Made by a program: the position numbers and the translations under genes
DNA from: Lophium mytilinum
Lineage: Eukaryota
Direction: 5' to 3'
DNA length: 64,000 nt
Assembly (NCBI GenBank): GCA_010093605.1
Contig: MU004202.1
Location: 507,560-571,559 of the forward strand
Shown here: one piece after another, positions 1 through 13,100 of the stretch
Numbering within the stretch: the stretch's first letter is position 1
Layout: each line of letters starts with the position of its first letter
The notes under the pieces: model-generated
What the model saw: the letters and a program-made list of their open reading frames with translations, nothing else
Database searches by the model: none
Told to the model about the DNA's origin: nothing

Positions 1-3000
1 GAATTAAGCGGGATAAACTTTCTCTTTTTAAATAGTTAATTAACTATAACTATAATATACTTATATTTCCTGCCCTATTATTTATAGATAGGTAGTAGTC
101 TAATAAAGTTAACTAAGATATTATACTAGTAGTAATATAGAATTAGTAGTAGGTAAAAAAGGCCTTACTTACCTTCTCTAGAGTGCTTTAAGTAGTAATA
201 GGTTATATAAGCGCCTATATACTAGTTAATATTAGAAGTTATAAGAGGCTAGTAGTAGTAGTTACTTAACCTAGTATATATAGAGGTAGTTCTAGTATAA
301 CTAGCTAGTTTAGGTTTATATATAGAATAGATAATTATAGTATATAATTTTAGTATAGCTAGAATATAGAGAAAATTATAAATATAGAGAAAATTATTAA
401 TAATATTATAATTACTAAGCTTAATTTATAGGTAGTAGTTATAATAGAATTAGGCTAGTAGTTATCGCTTATTGCGGCGTTTAGTATATTTAACTACTTA
501 TATAATAGAATTAGCTTAAGAAGCTTTCTTAACTTAGTATAGAATTTAATTACTTATTAGAACTAGCTTTAATGCGTTATATAGCTTAGTATTAAAAGTT
601 TATTTATTATTAGTAGAAGAATTCTTTATCTTATTTCTTACTATAGAGGTAGTCCTAGAATTCTTTATCTTATCTAGGGGCTCTAGTTATAATTATATCT
701 ATCTAGTACGCGTAACTATAAGTTAAAGCTTATTAGTATAATTAGATTAATTAAATTTACTAAAGTTATAAAGTATAGAGGCTAGATCTATTACTATATA
801 TTCTAGGGCGTTATTAATAAGTATATAGGCTAGGTTAATAGCGTAATATATATTAGGCTTATAATTAGTAGACTTAAGTATAACTTACTCTTAATATTTA
901 TAGCGAGCGTTACCTTTAGAGGGCTTATTACCGGGTTACCTAGTAAGAAGATCTAGCTTATTATTAAGCTTACCGGGCTTATACATAATTTTAAAGTTAA
1001 ATTTAGCTAAAAACTTAGCCTATTAGGCTTAATAATAGTTAAGTTATTTAGTTATTATAAATGTCTAAAGATTCTTATAATTAGAGATAATATTAATAAA
1101 ACTACTATATTTCTATCCCTAGCTAGTAAGCTCTAGACGCTAGTCTTTAAATACTAGAATAATAGTAAGCAGTTCTTTATTATATATAGTATAGTTAATT
1201 TACTATAGAGTTATCTATTATAATATAAAGGCTATAGAGTATAGAGTGCTATCTAGCTAAACCTATAATAGTACTACTGCTACTATATAATCTAAGGAAT
1301 TATATTTAACCTATATCTTATAGTCTAGGTTCTATAAGGCTAGCTAGGGAGCGTTCTAGAAATATTTCTTAATGCGGGTAAATACGCGTGCCTTATTACT
1401 ATTATCTTTCTAGGGGAATTTAAATAATTTCCTAGTAGATAATATAAGTATAGAGAGAGGTGCTATAAACTTAGAATATTAAGTAATAGAGTAATAATAG
1501 AAGTTATAGAAACTAAGAAAGGCCTATATATTTTTAAGATTCCTTAGTATAGGCTAATCTAGAACTATCTAGACTTTTATAGAATCTATCTAGACGCTAT
1601 TAACTTCTATAATAATGCTAAGGTATTTAACTTCTTATATAGTAAATTTAGACTTATAAATATTAAGAAATAGTCTAGCGTCTTATAACCTTATAACTAT
1701 AGATATAATATACTTCTTATACTCTTTTAGGTTATTACTAAAGATAAGTATATTATCTATATATGCTATATAGTAGTAATCTAGATTCTTATATAGTATA
1801 TTATTAATATAAGCTTAGAATAAGCTAGGCGCGTTATAGAGCCTAAATAGAAGAACTATAAATTTAAATAGGCTCTATTATATTAGAAACGCTATCTTAT
1901 ACTTATTACCTTTCTTAATATATAGAGCGTTAAACGCACTAATAACATCTAGCTTAGTATAATATTTAGCTTTAGCTAGTAGAGTAAGTATATCTTTAAT
2001 AAGAGGTAATATATTATAACTCTTAATTATAATATTATTTAGCCCTCTATAGTCTATATAGATATAAAGACCGCCTCTAGGTTTCTTAATAATAAGTATT
2101 AGAGTAGTAAAAGAGAAGAAGCTTAGTTAAATAAAGCCTTTAAAGCGTATTTTATCTATAAATACTTTAATAATAGCGGCTTAGTCTCTAGAGAGGCTAT
2201 AGACCTTTTATATAGGCAGCTTACTATTAGATATAAGATTAATTATATAATCTATATTATAGTAAAAGGGTAAGATATTAGCTACTTAGAGGTTCTAGGT
2301 ATTATAGAGATAGTAAAGCTAATCTAGAAGAAGTTATTTAATTTCTTTATTAGTAATAGAAGGTCTATTTATCTTATTAAAGAACTTTCTATAGTTAGCT
2401 AGGTTAATTATAAATAGGTTAGATATAAATACAGCTTATTTCTTAGCTAAGGTATTATTAAGCTTAGTAAGCCTATAGAGGGTAGAATTATTAGCTATAG
2501 TATAAATAGCCTTATTTTTATAGGCGTTAAGCTTATTAAAGTCTTTATTCTATAGTTAGATAATAGTATCTTCTTTATCTTTATAGGTAAGCTTCTAATA
2601 TTTAGTAAGGAAGTTATTAGCTTTATCTAGGTTAAGGCTAAGCTTATAGTAATAGTTAATAATTTTATATAAAGTACTATTATATAGCTTTTTCCCTTTA
2701 TAAGTAGTATTTTAGTTATAGCTATTACTCTAGATATATTAGTAGCTATCTATATATAGATAGTTGCTTATATAGTAGTTAGAGTTAAAATCTAGTATAT
2801 ACTCTCTCTATATAGAATAGGGTTTATAGCGCTTAAACTAGGGTATACTAAGAATAATATTATAGCTCTAAAGGTTAGTAATATAGTACTATAGGTATTT
2901 AATATACGCCCTAAGTAATAGCGTAATTTAAGCTTTATATATAACTATAAGTATTAAGTAACTATTAGTAAGCTATAGTAGTATTAGTTTAGTAATTACT

Positions 3001-5700
3001 ATAGTTATAAGCTTATAGGCTTTTATAAATATCTATAATATAAAGGCTAAGTAGAAGTATTCTATATTAGTTAAATAGCGACTATTAATAATAGTAGCTA
3101 GCTTAGTACTAGTACTAGGGGTATAAATTCTATACTTAAAGTTAAGTTATTTACCTTATATAACTTCTTTAGAGAAATTAATAGCGTAAATAGATAGCTA
3201 GAGTTTATCTAGCTTAGGGGGAGGTTGCTCTAGTTTATAAATGCAAGCAACTAGTATATTTAGATAAATATCTACTAGACTCTAACTATAACTATAGTTA
3301 GAGCCTAAGGAAAATTTATACTATTTAAGTCTAAAGAGTTTTCTTATATAGTATTATTATTACTACTATTATTATTAATAGCAGCTAGAGCGTTACTAAG
3401 CTTAATATTAGATATAGAATTATCTATATAGTAAATTATAGAGAGCTTTAGATTAAGCCCTTTCTAGAAATAGATAAGGCGTTATTAAACTATCTCTTTA
3501 GAGGGAGGGGCGCTCTTTATATAGAGATAGTTGCGGTCTAATATATAATATTCTATCTTAAGGTAGTTATAGTAGATATTCTTATTCTATTTACTAAGCA
3601 CTTTAGTTACTACAGGAGGAAGATAAATGCAGCGGGTATTACTATTACAGTCTTAGTAGTATAAGCTATTATCTATAATAGGGCATAATAAATATATCTT
3701 AAAGTTGCGGTTAAAGTTCTAGAAACTATAATTAGACTTCTTAGTAAATAGCTTATTAGTATATTCTAATTTATTACTATTATTCTATAATAGGCTATTA
3801 GTATATTATTATTTACGGGCGCGCTTACGCTTGCTAGCAATATATAATACTGCGCGGTTAATAGCGGTAACTAGTTCTAGCTAGAATGTATAGTTATTAG
3901 CTACGCTAAAAACCTAAGTTCTAAGTTTAGGGGTAATAAGGTATTTAAGCTATCCCTTTTAGTTAATAAAGTCTATCTCTTTATTATTATCTATAGAAAT
4001 TATTTCTTAGAATTAAAGAAGAAAAATAGACTATTTTTTATTATATTTTATATACACCTACTAGCTATAGAGCTTATTATTTATAGCTATAGCCTTATCT
4101 TTAATTATAAAGTAGGGGTCTATTATTTTAAATATCTCTTTAATTATTTTAAAGTTATTATTTATAGGGCGGTCCTATTAGATATAATTATATACTACGC
4201 TATTAGTAAATTCTATATAGTATAATCTAATATACTTAAGCTTAGCTTATTTATTATAGAAGTCCTAAGGCTTATTATAGAAGATAGCATATATATAAGC
4301 TTTCTATAATTTATATTTAGACTAGTTATCTTATTCTTTAAACTTCTATAGGTTGTAGAACTTAGTATATAGCTAATATAAGTTTATAGTAAGTTAGGCG
4401 TTTAGATTATATAAGAAGTTAGACTAGATAAAGTAGTTATAGTTAAATAGCTTATTATTATTACCTTTATTAGAGAGGTAGCTATAGTTACTATAGATAG
4501 TAGTATTATCTTATTAAAAGCGCGTTTAGAGTTACTACTATATAGCTTACTTATACTTTTTCTTATATTCTATACCTTAGGCGCGGAAGGTATTACGCTA
4601 CTATTAGTATTAATCGCGGTAAAAGGTAATCTTAGCTACCTTAGTAGTAAGACCTTTAATCTTAATACTAAGCTTAGTAATAAAAATAGCCTAAGCATTA
4701 TTCTTCTTATACTTATCCGCTAGCTGCTTAGTAAGGTAATTACACTTATTAGTAAAGTTAGTAGTATTAGTGCGTATTTTAGCTACCTAGTAATAGAGCT
4801 TTATATATTAGTTATAGAGGTTTTTAAGTTTAACCTTATTTAACGTGCCTATATTCTATTTTAAAAGTTATATAATCTTATTATTCTTCTATTAAATAGC
4901 TACTACTATATTCCTAATATCTTTATATAACTTACCTAGTTCTTAGTAATAGTTAAGTAGTGCAGTATAAATACTAATATATTTATCTTAAGCTATATCT
5001 TAGAGCTCTTCTATATTATTAATAGTAATATTAATAGATTAGCTATTTCTAGCTTAGTTAATAGTAAAGACTATACTGTTATTATTATCTATAAAAAGGG
5101 ACTATTAATAATTAGGTAGTTAGCCGCTAGTTCTAGTAGAGCTTACGCCTGCATTAGCTATATTAGGCTATTCTTAGCTAGGGTAGATATTTAGAATTAT
5201 AATAGTATTAGTAGTAGAGGTAATAACCTAGTCCTCTAAGGTAATTAGAATTTAAAAGAAGAATAGAGTAGTTAGGTTAACTAGAGGTTTAGTAAATTAG
5301 ATAGCTTAAGGTATAGATATTTTAGTAAATAACTTAAAGTTCTCTTTATCTTTACCTTAATCTGCGTAGGCCTTATTATTAGTATTCTACTTAGTAGAGT
5401 TAGTAAGGTTATAATAGGCTTAGCTCTATAGCAGGTTAGTACTAAATTAATTAGTAGAGTTAGTAAGGTTATAATAGGCTTAGCTCTATAGTAGATTAGT
5501 ACTAAATTAATTTAGTAGAAGGTAAATATCTAGTTCTAGATTACTAAATTTTTTAGCGTGTATAGTAAAAGCTTCTAGGGTTATAGTTAGTTAGTATTAT
5601 AATACTCCTCCGCCGCCTATTTTATAGGCCGCTTTCTTTTTTTAGTAATTAAGCCTATACGCCTCTTAAGAGTTAGATATAAAAGTAGATTAAGTAGCTT
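1..5700 (-). mobile_element. RIP-inactivated Ty3/Gypsy retrotransposon gag-pol, family B (3' end runs off the window)
   Basis: Minus-strand motifs after mentally reverting RIP: CCHC-like knuckle ~3540-3580; protease DTG ~3040-3075; RT KKPGGGLRICVDYRGLN ~2040-2095; AY(M)DD-ILIFS ~1740-1770; RNase H ~1290-1320; integrase-like sequence further left. Confidence 0.85.
5391..5510. repeat. 60-bp tandem duplication (2 copies)
   Basis: ttagtagagttagtaaggttataataggcttagctctata(gcagg/gtaga)ttagtactaaattaa at 5391-5450 and 5451-5510. Confidence 0.9.
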
Positions 5701-6492
5701 ATAAGTTAAAAGAAAGGGTAGAAGTATAAGTAAGAATAACTAGATACTTATTAGCTTTACTACTAGAAGGTAAACCTATAGGCTGCGCGCTTAGTATAGC
5801 TATACTATATAGAGTTAGAGTTTTTCTACTATAGCTTAGTATAGCTAGTTTTAGGGGTATTATTTATATCTTTACTAGTAAGTATTTATTAACTATTTAA
5901 TAAGAAAGGTTAGTATAAAATAGAGGGTATAGGTCCTCTATAAAAGCTTAAAAGTAGGCGTAGCTAGAGCCGGGGCGCTTAAGGGCGGCTAGCGCTATTC
6001 TTAGTAGCTACTTTTAATTAATTAGTAAATAAAAATAGAATAACTATATATAGACTAGTTAGTTATATATAATAGTAGTAAGTAGGTATATAGGGCCTAT
6101 ATACTAGCCTATTACTAATAGAGTATATATAGTTCTTACTCTATTATTAGAAAGTAACTGCGCTTATTAGTTAGTTACGTGTAATAGTAAGTAGGTTTAT
6201 AGGGCCTACGCGCTAACTATAGTAGATAGGGTATATAGAGTTCTTACTATAAAATTATAGAGTTTTCTTTTAAGTCTCCCTCTATTAATATAGAGAGTAT
6301 TAGGTTTATATATTAAAATTTTAGCCTATTAAATTAGCTAGGTATATATATAGGTAGGTAGAAAAAAGAGTACTTCTAGAAACTTTTAAAAGCTAGAAGG
6401 GTAGCTACTTTATATTATAGTATAATAGTAGATTATAAGAGAAGACCTAATATTAGTATATATAGATAAAGTAGCTATAAGAAAAAAAAAAG

Positions 6493-6905
6493 NNNNNNNN
6501 NNNNNNNNNNNNNNNNNNNNNNNNNNNNNNNNNNNNNNNNNNNNNNNNNNNNNNNNNNNNNNNNNNNNNNNNNNNNNNNNNNNNNNNNNNNNNNNNNNNN
6601 NNNNNNNNNNNNNNNNNNNNNNNNNNNNNNNNNNNNNNNNNNNNNNNNNNNNNNNNNNNNNNNNNNNNNNNNNNNNNNNNNNNNNNNNNNNNNNNNNNNN
6701 NNNNNNNNNNNNNNNNNNNNNNNNNNNNNNNNNNNNNNNNNNNNNNNNNNNNNNNNNNNNNNNNNNNNNNNNNNNNNNNNNNNNNNNNNNNNNNNNNNNN
6801 NNNNNNNNNNNNNNNNNNNNNNNNNNNNNNNNNNNNNNNNNNNNNNNNNNNNNNNNNNNNNNNNNNNNNNNNNNNNNNNNNNNNNNNNNNNNNNNNNNNN
6901 NNNNN
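6493..6905. other. Assembly gap (413 N)
   Basis: Run of N. Confidence 1.
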
Positions 6906-9900
6906 TATAATACTCTTATCTTCTAGCCTTATTAGGCTATAATAACCTCTATAATAACTACTTAATCTACTTATAGCTAGGGCCGTAGCTATAGTAGCTA
7001 CTTATCTACGCCTACTATAGGTACTAATATAATAACTATAACTATAATAACTTCTTTAATAACTACTATAAGTACTCTATATACCTCTACTATTATAGCT
7101 ATAGCTAGTATAGAATAATACTTATATACTATAAATCTAGTAGATAAACTAGTATATATCTAGAGTATTAGTAAGCTTACTAAAGCTAATAAAGAGAGAA
7201 CGCGCGTAGTAGGTATATATAACTATTACCGCTATATTAGTTACCGCGCTATTAATAATAATTACCCTCTTTAAAACTTCTCTATCTAGATAACTAGCGG
7301 CCTTCCTCTACGCGCTACTAATACTATATTTTCCGGCTAGAAAAATAAGTAGTTCTTAAGTATAGTTGCGCCTAAGAACCTATTATAATTAATTATAAAT
7401 ATACTCTATTATCTACTCTATTATTAACTCTATTATCTACCCCTTATTCTATACTAACTTTCTCTAAGTATAGTAACTTAGTTTCTACTATAGATAACCT
7501 TCTAAGTAAGAAGGCCTAGAAATTATATAAGAGCTATTATAGGGGCACTAAATATAAAACACCTAAAAAGTATAGAATAAAAGTAGTAGAACCTCTACTA
7601 TAATTTAATACACCCTTCTAGCTATAGAAGGTGCTAGAGTATATTAAGAATAATAAGAACTAGCTAGAACTTTATATTTCTATAATAGCTATTACGCGTA
7701 CTTAGTAAAGAAGTATAGAATATATTTATCTAATAAGCTATAGAAATAATTAAATAAATATTTCTACTCTTAGGTTAATATATAGTTATAATAAGAAGTA
7801 GAAAACCTACCTCTATACTATAACTATAACTATATAATTCTCCTCTAACTAGACACTCTACTACTAAAATATAAGACTAGAGCTATATTTAAGAAAAAGA
7901 ACTATATTATCTATAATAAACTCTAGAAGCTTTTAGGTAATAGTTTTATTAAGAATAGTAATTCTCCTACGCACGTACCCGTACTATTAGTTAAGAAACT
8001 AGATAGAACTTATTACTTCTATATTAATTACTATAGCCTTAATACTATTACTATAAAGAATTAATATTTAATTTCTATTATATAGAAGACGCTTAACCGC
8101 CTCTATAAAGCTAAGTAGTATACTAAGCTAGATATTATCTTAGCTTTTAACCGCGTCTATATTAAACCTAGTAATATATAGAAAATAGCTTTTATTATAT
8201 AATATAGAATATTCTAATTTAAAGTCTTAGAATTTAGTATATATAATAGCCCTAGCACCTTCTAGATATTTATTAATAATATCTTCTATAAGTATTTAGA
8301 TAACTTTTATTTAGCCTATATAGATAATATACTAGTATTTATAGATAGAATAAAAGAAGAATATATTACGCATATATAAAAGGTACTAGACTAACTATAT
8401 AAAGCCGGCCTATACCTTAATATTAATAAATGCGAATTTCTTATTAAGTATATTAAATACCTTAGCCTTATTATTATAACTAAGGGCGTTAAAATAGACT
8501 AGAAGAAAGTTAAGGCTATTACTAAATAGGTAACTCCTACCTATCTTAAGAATATCTAGGCCTTTTTAAGCTTAGCTAACTTCTATAGGTAATTTATATA
8601 GAGCTTCTTACAACTATATAAGCTACTTACTAACCTCTTATAAAAAAAACTAGACGGGCGCATCTATTTTAAATAGATATTAGGTTACTAGAAAGCTTTT
8701 AATAACCTTAAAATAGTATTTACTACTATACTCTATCTTAAGCACTTTAATTCTAACTAGAAATTATATATTAAAATAGATGCATCTAATTATATTACTA
8801 TAGGCGTATTCTTATAACTCTATAATAATAGAATATAGTACCTAGTTACTTTTTACTCTTATAAGATAATACTAGCGGAGTATAACTATAAGATTTATAA
8901 TAAAGAGTTACTTACCGTTATTCTTACCTTTAAGAAATAGAAACTATAGTACTAAGATAATAGATACTAAGACTCTATCTAGGTACTAATAGATTACTAA
9001 AATCTATTATACTTTATAACTATGTAATAGCTTAACTAGTAATAGATATACTAGCTATAGATTCTCTTAGAAATTAATTATATTCTAATATACCGGCCTA
9101 GCCGCCTAGAAACTAAACTAGATAGTTTTACGCGTTATAGCTAGGACCTTCTATAATCTAATAATAATAAATAATTTCTATTTTAATAATAGACTATAAT
9201 TAAGATAAAGAACCTTATTTTAAAAATATTAAAGAATCTTTATCTATATACTATAGGCGTTATAGATATTACTTATACTAGACCCCTCTATAAGCTTATT
9301 AAGGAGGCGTATAACACTAATAAAGCTATATTCTAGAAAGGCGGCAGTAACCTAGATAACTAGTTAGATAACTATCTAGTCTACTATATTATAGCGCTTA
9401 AATAGTATAGTAATTAAAAGCTTCCACGCAATATTCTAAAAGATAAGCGCGTCTAGCTATTAATAAGTAAGCTAGAGGTTACTAATAATAAACTATAGGT
9501 TCTCTATAAGGACTCTAGATAACTATTTATACTATAATTAGCTATACTCTAGCTAAGGATCTTATAGCTAGGCTATAACTATACTAGCGTAGAATATAGG
9601 GGCTACGCGGATTATCTATAATAGATTTATTCTAACTACTACTAGCCTAGATTTACTAAATTAATTATAATATATATTAACGCCTATTAATATTATTATA
9701 ATATTAAACCCTCTAACTTTACTAAGTAAGGTTTCTTACGCCTCTTGCCTATCCCCCTCTATTACTAGCGTAATATTACTATAGACTATATAGTTAACTT
9801 ATCTATTTATAAGTATTATAGCTATAAGTATTATTATATACTAGTTATAATTAATAGACTCTTAAAAGAATATTACTTCCTTACTATTACTTTACTAGAA

Positions 9901-11404
9901 GTAGATAAGCTAGCAGAGGTCTATTTCTAATAGATTTATTAACTATATAGACTACTAGCGTCTATTATAAGTAATCTAGAAATATAATTTACCTCTAAAT
10001 TCTAGTAATATCTTTATTATTAGATATAATTATTACTAAATACATCTACTGCTTTCTACCTAGAAACTAATAGTTAAATAGAAATTACTAATATAGATAT
10101 AAAGAAATATCTATAAGCCTATATTAACTATATATAGAATAACTAGTATAATCTACTACTCTTAGCTAAGCTTATTACTAATATCTATATATTAGCTACT
10201 ATAGGCCTATTACTATTCTTTATAAATTATAGCTACACCCCTTATTTAGAGCTTAAGCCGCCTACTATTAAAAATAAGAAAATATCTAAAAATAAGAAAA
10301 TTAAATAAAAACTAGCTAATAATATAGCTAAATACCTAAAGAATATTAAGGTCTATCTATAGAACCGCATTATATAGGCTTAAGAGGAATAAGCTTACTA
10401 AGCTAACTACTACTATAATATAGCTGCAGATATACGCGTTAATAATATAGTCTAGCTTAATACTAAGAATATTAAGCTAAACTGCGCTAAGAAGGCCCTT
10501 AATAATAAGTTTATAGGCCCCTTCTACATTAATAAGGTTATTAATTAGGGCGCGGCCTTCTAATTAGACCTTCTATTTAATACTAAGATCTATAATATCT
10601 TTTATTCTTTATTATTATAGCTTAATACTTCTAAACCTATTAAAGGATAGAATTACTCTAAGCCTATACCGCCACCTAAGCTAATTTAATAAGAGGATAA
10701 TAATAAGCCTATAGAGGAATTTATAGTCGCCTAAATTATTAACTTACGCATTAAGAATAATAATATCTAATATAAGGTTTACTATATTAGTAGTATATAA
10801 CTATATAAATTCTAGTAACTATCTAGAAATTTTAAGGGCTACCTCTATAAGGTTTTTAACTTTTACTATTATAGCCTATGGAAACCTAAACTACCTACTT
10901 ACTTTATTAAACTAAAGAACTAGACTCTATCTACTTAGAACCTCTAGAATATTACTATATTATTATAATAGTCTAATATACTCTAAGATTCTACACCGCT
11001 ATTAGATAGTAGAATTAATTAAGAATACCTATCTATACTAGTTTTATTAGTACGCTCTATTTATATATAGAGCTATGCCTATATTAGCTATCTAATATAT
11101 AAATTTAAATAGTAAGTCTTTTTCCTATAAGTTCTTATAGAAGCTTAGTTTCTTAAGAGGGGGGCATATATTATATTATTTTTTAGTATTCTCTTAGTAG
11201 TTATTAAGGTTAGGGGTTATTATATACACGGACATTATATAATCTTTAAACTAAGAGTTCTTCTAGCGCCTAAGGTTCTACTAGCGTCTAGGGTTCTACC
11301 GGCGTATACTTAACTACATAGTAGACTTATAGCTAGAGCCTCTCTTCTCTCTATGCAACCTTATTAATAGTAATATAACTCTTTTCTTAGCTATAAACCT
11401 AATA
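6906..11404 (+). mobile_element. RIPed Ty3/Gypsy chromovirus, family A copy 1 (5' end in the gap, protease region deleted)
   Basis: Reverse complement of 15888-21078. RT VLLVKK(P)D..FC(V)DY ~7981-8040; AY(M)DD ~8314-8337; RNase H DAS ~8776-8790; chromodomain-like ~10715-10845; polypurine tract aagaggggggca ~11155-11166; 3' LTR follows. Confidence 0.92.
11169..11404 (+). repeat. 3' LTR of family A copy 1 (236 bp)
   Basis: Same length as, and reverse complement of, 15888-16123 and 22851-23086; directly follows the polypurine tract. Confidence 0.92.
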
Positions 11405-13100
11405 CTTTAGCTTATAGATATAAGATTTTATTAGAGTCTTAGGTTTAGGCTTAGTTATAAAGGGTAGTTAGCTCTATATTTTAAACTTAGTAGTCCTCTT
11501 AAAAAAATTCTAGGTTCTACTAGAATATAGTAACTCCCTAGTATATATCTTTATAATACTTAAAAACTATATTATAGAATACTTTAATAGAGTTAAGATT
11601 AATATTAATAGTATTAGTAACTCTATTATAGTTAATATAGAATATAATTTCTTTAGCTATTATAGTAAAGTATAACTTATAGTAGCTAGAGTTATAGTAT
11701 ACTACTAGGCCTAGTATAGGTAATTCTAGATTAGGCTATAATAGTATAGCTATAGTAGAGAGGCTCTATACTAATAGAGGTAGATTATTAGTACGCTTCT
11801 TAGTACGCTTCTAAGTGCGCTATACTTCTTAAGTAAATAGAAGAACTAGGCTAGTAGAGATATTATTATTTTATATATTAAAAAGGTTACCTTAAGTAAA
11901 GTAGACTACTTTCTAGAGGTTTATAGCTAACTAGAATTAGGTATTATTATCTTTCTTATTAAGTTTATTAAGCTTCTAGTTTAGCTACTTATTATCTTTC
12001 TTATTAGAGGTAATATAGAACTCCTTATTCTTTAGATTAAGAGAGCGCTTACTATACTAGAGAATAGTAGTTAGCTAGAAGTAGTTATAGATAGTAGCTA
12101 CGCCTAGTTTAATAGTACTAGCTTTTAGTATATAGAGTTTACTATAAGTAGCTAGCTACTCTAGAGTAGAACTAATACTATATTAAGATAATTTATCTAC
12201 CTTTTTATATAGAGCTTTAGTATATTAGGTTTCTTATTATACTTACTAAGAGTTAGAGGCTAGTATTAACTAGGTAGCTTAGCTATTAAAGGTAGAGTAT
12301 AGGTTAGTATTACTACTCTTATTAGTATATATACTACTAGAGAAAGCTTTTAAATATACTATAGCGTATTTACTATAACTTAGTATTATAGGCAGGTAGT
12401 TCTAAGGTCTTAAATAAGAAGATACTAGTACTAGAGGGTTGCGCTAGTTAACTATTACTAGTTAGGTAATAGTAGAGAGTATTCTAGTAGGTAGATAATA
12501 GTCTAGGTAGATAGATAAAGAAAAAGATTAGTATAGATAGAAAGGTTATAGAGCCTTTATAAAAGCTAGAAAGTAGATATAGCTAGTATACTTCTTAGTA
12601 ATAAGCGCCTAGCGCTATTCTTAGTAGCGGAGTTAATTAGTAAATAATAACTATACTAGGTTTAGTTAGTTTACGCGTGCATAGATAGAGGCGTAATAGT
12701 AAGTAGGTTTATAGGGCCTACGCGTTAGTTTATATAGATAATAGAGTATAGTATTCTTACTATAAGATTATAGGGCCTTTTTCTATTTTAGTTTTTTATT
12801 AATAAAGGTTATAGAAATTAAATTTTATAGCTATAGAAGTACTAGTATATATATAGATAGGTAGATATAAATAGATAGATAAAGAAAGAGTACTTCTAAT
12901 ATCTTTTAGAAGCTAGAAGGGTAGCTACTTTATATTATAGTATAATATAGAATTATAATAGAAAACTAGATAGTATTAAGTATATAATAAAGTAGCTATA
13001 AGAAGAGAAAGTAGGGCGCGGAGCGCCGGCTAAGAGGTAGGTAAGGCTAGCGCTAAGTAAGGTTAAGTAATAGTAGTATATAATAGAGGCTATATAACGC
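11405..13100 (-). mobile_element. RIPed 5' fragment of an element related to family B (leader plus degenerate ORF start)
   Basis: ~12555-13010 is a diverged direct repeat of ~5930-6492 (shared gcgctattcttagtagc and agctagaagggtagctactttatattatagtataata). Boundaries are approximate. Confidence 0.5.
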
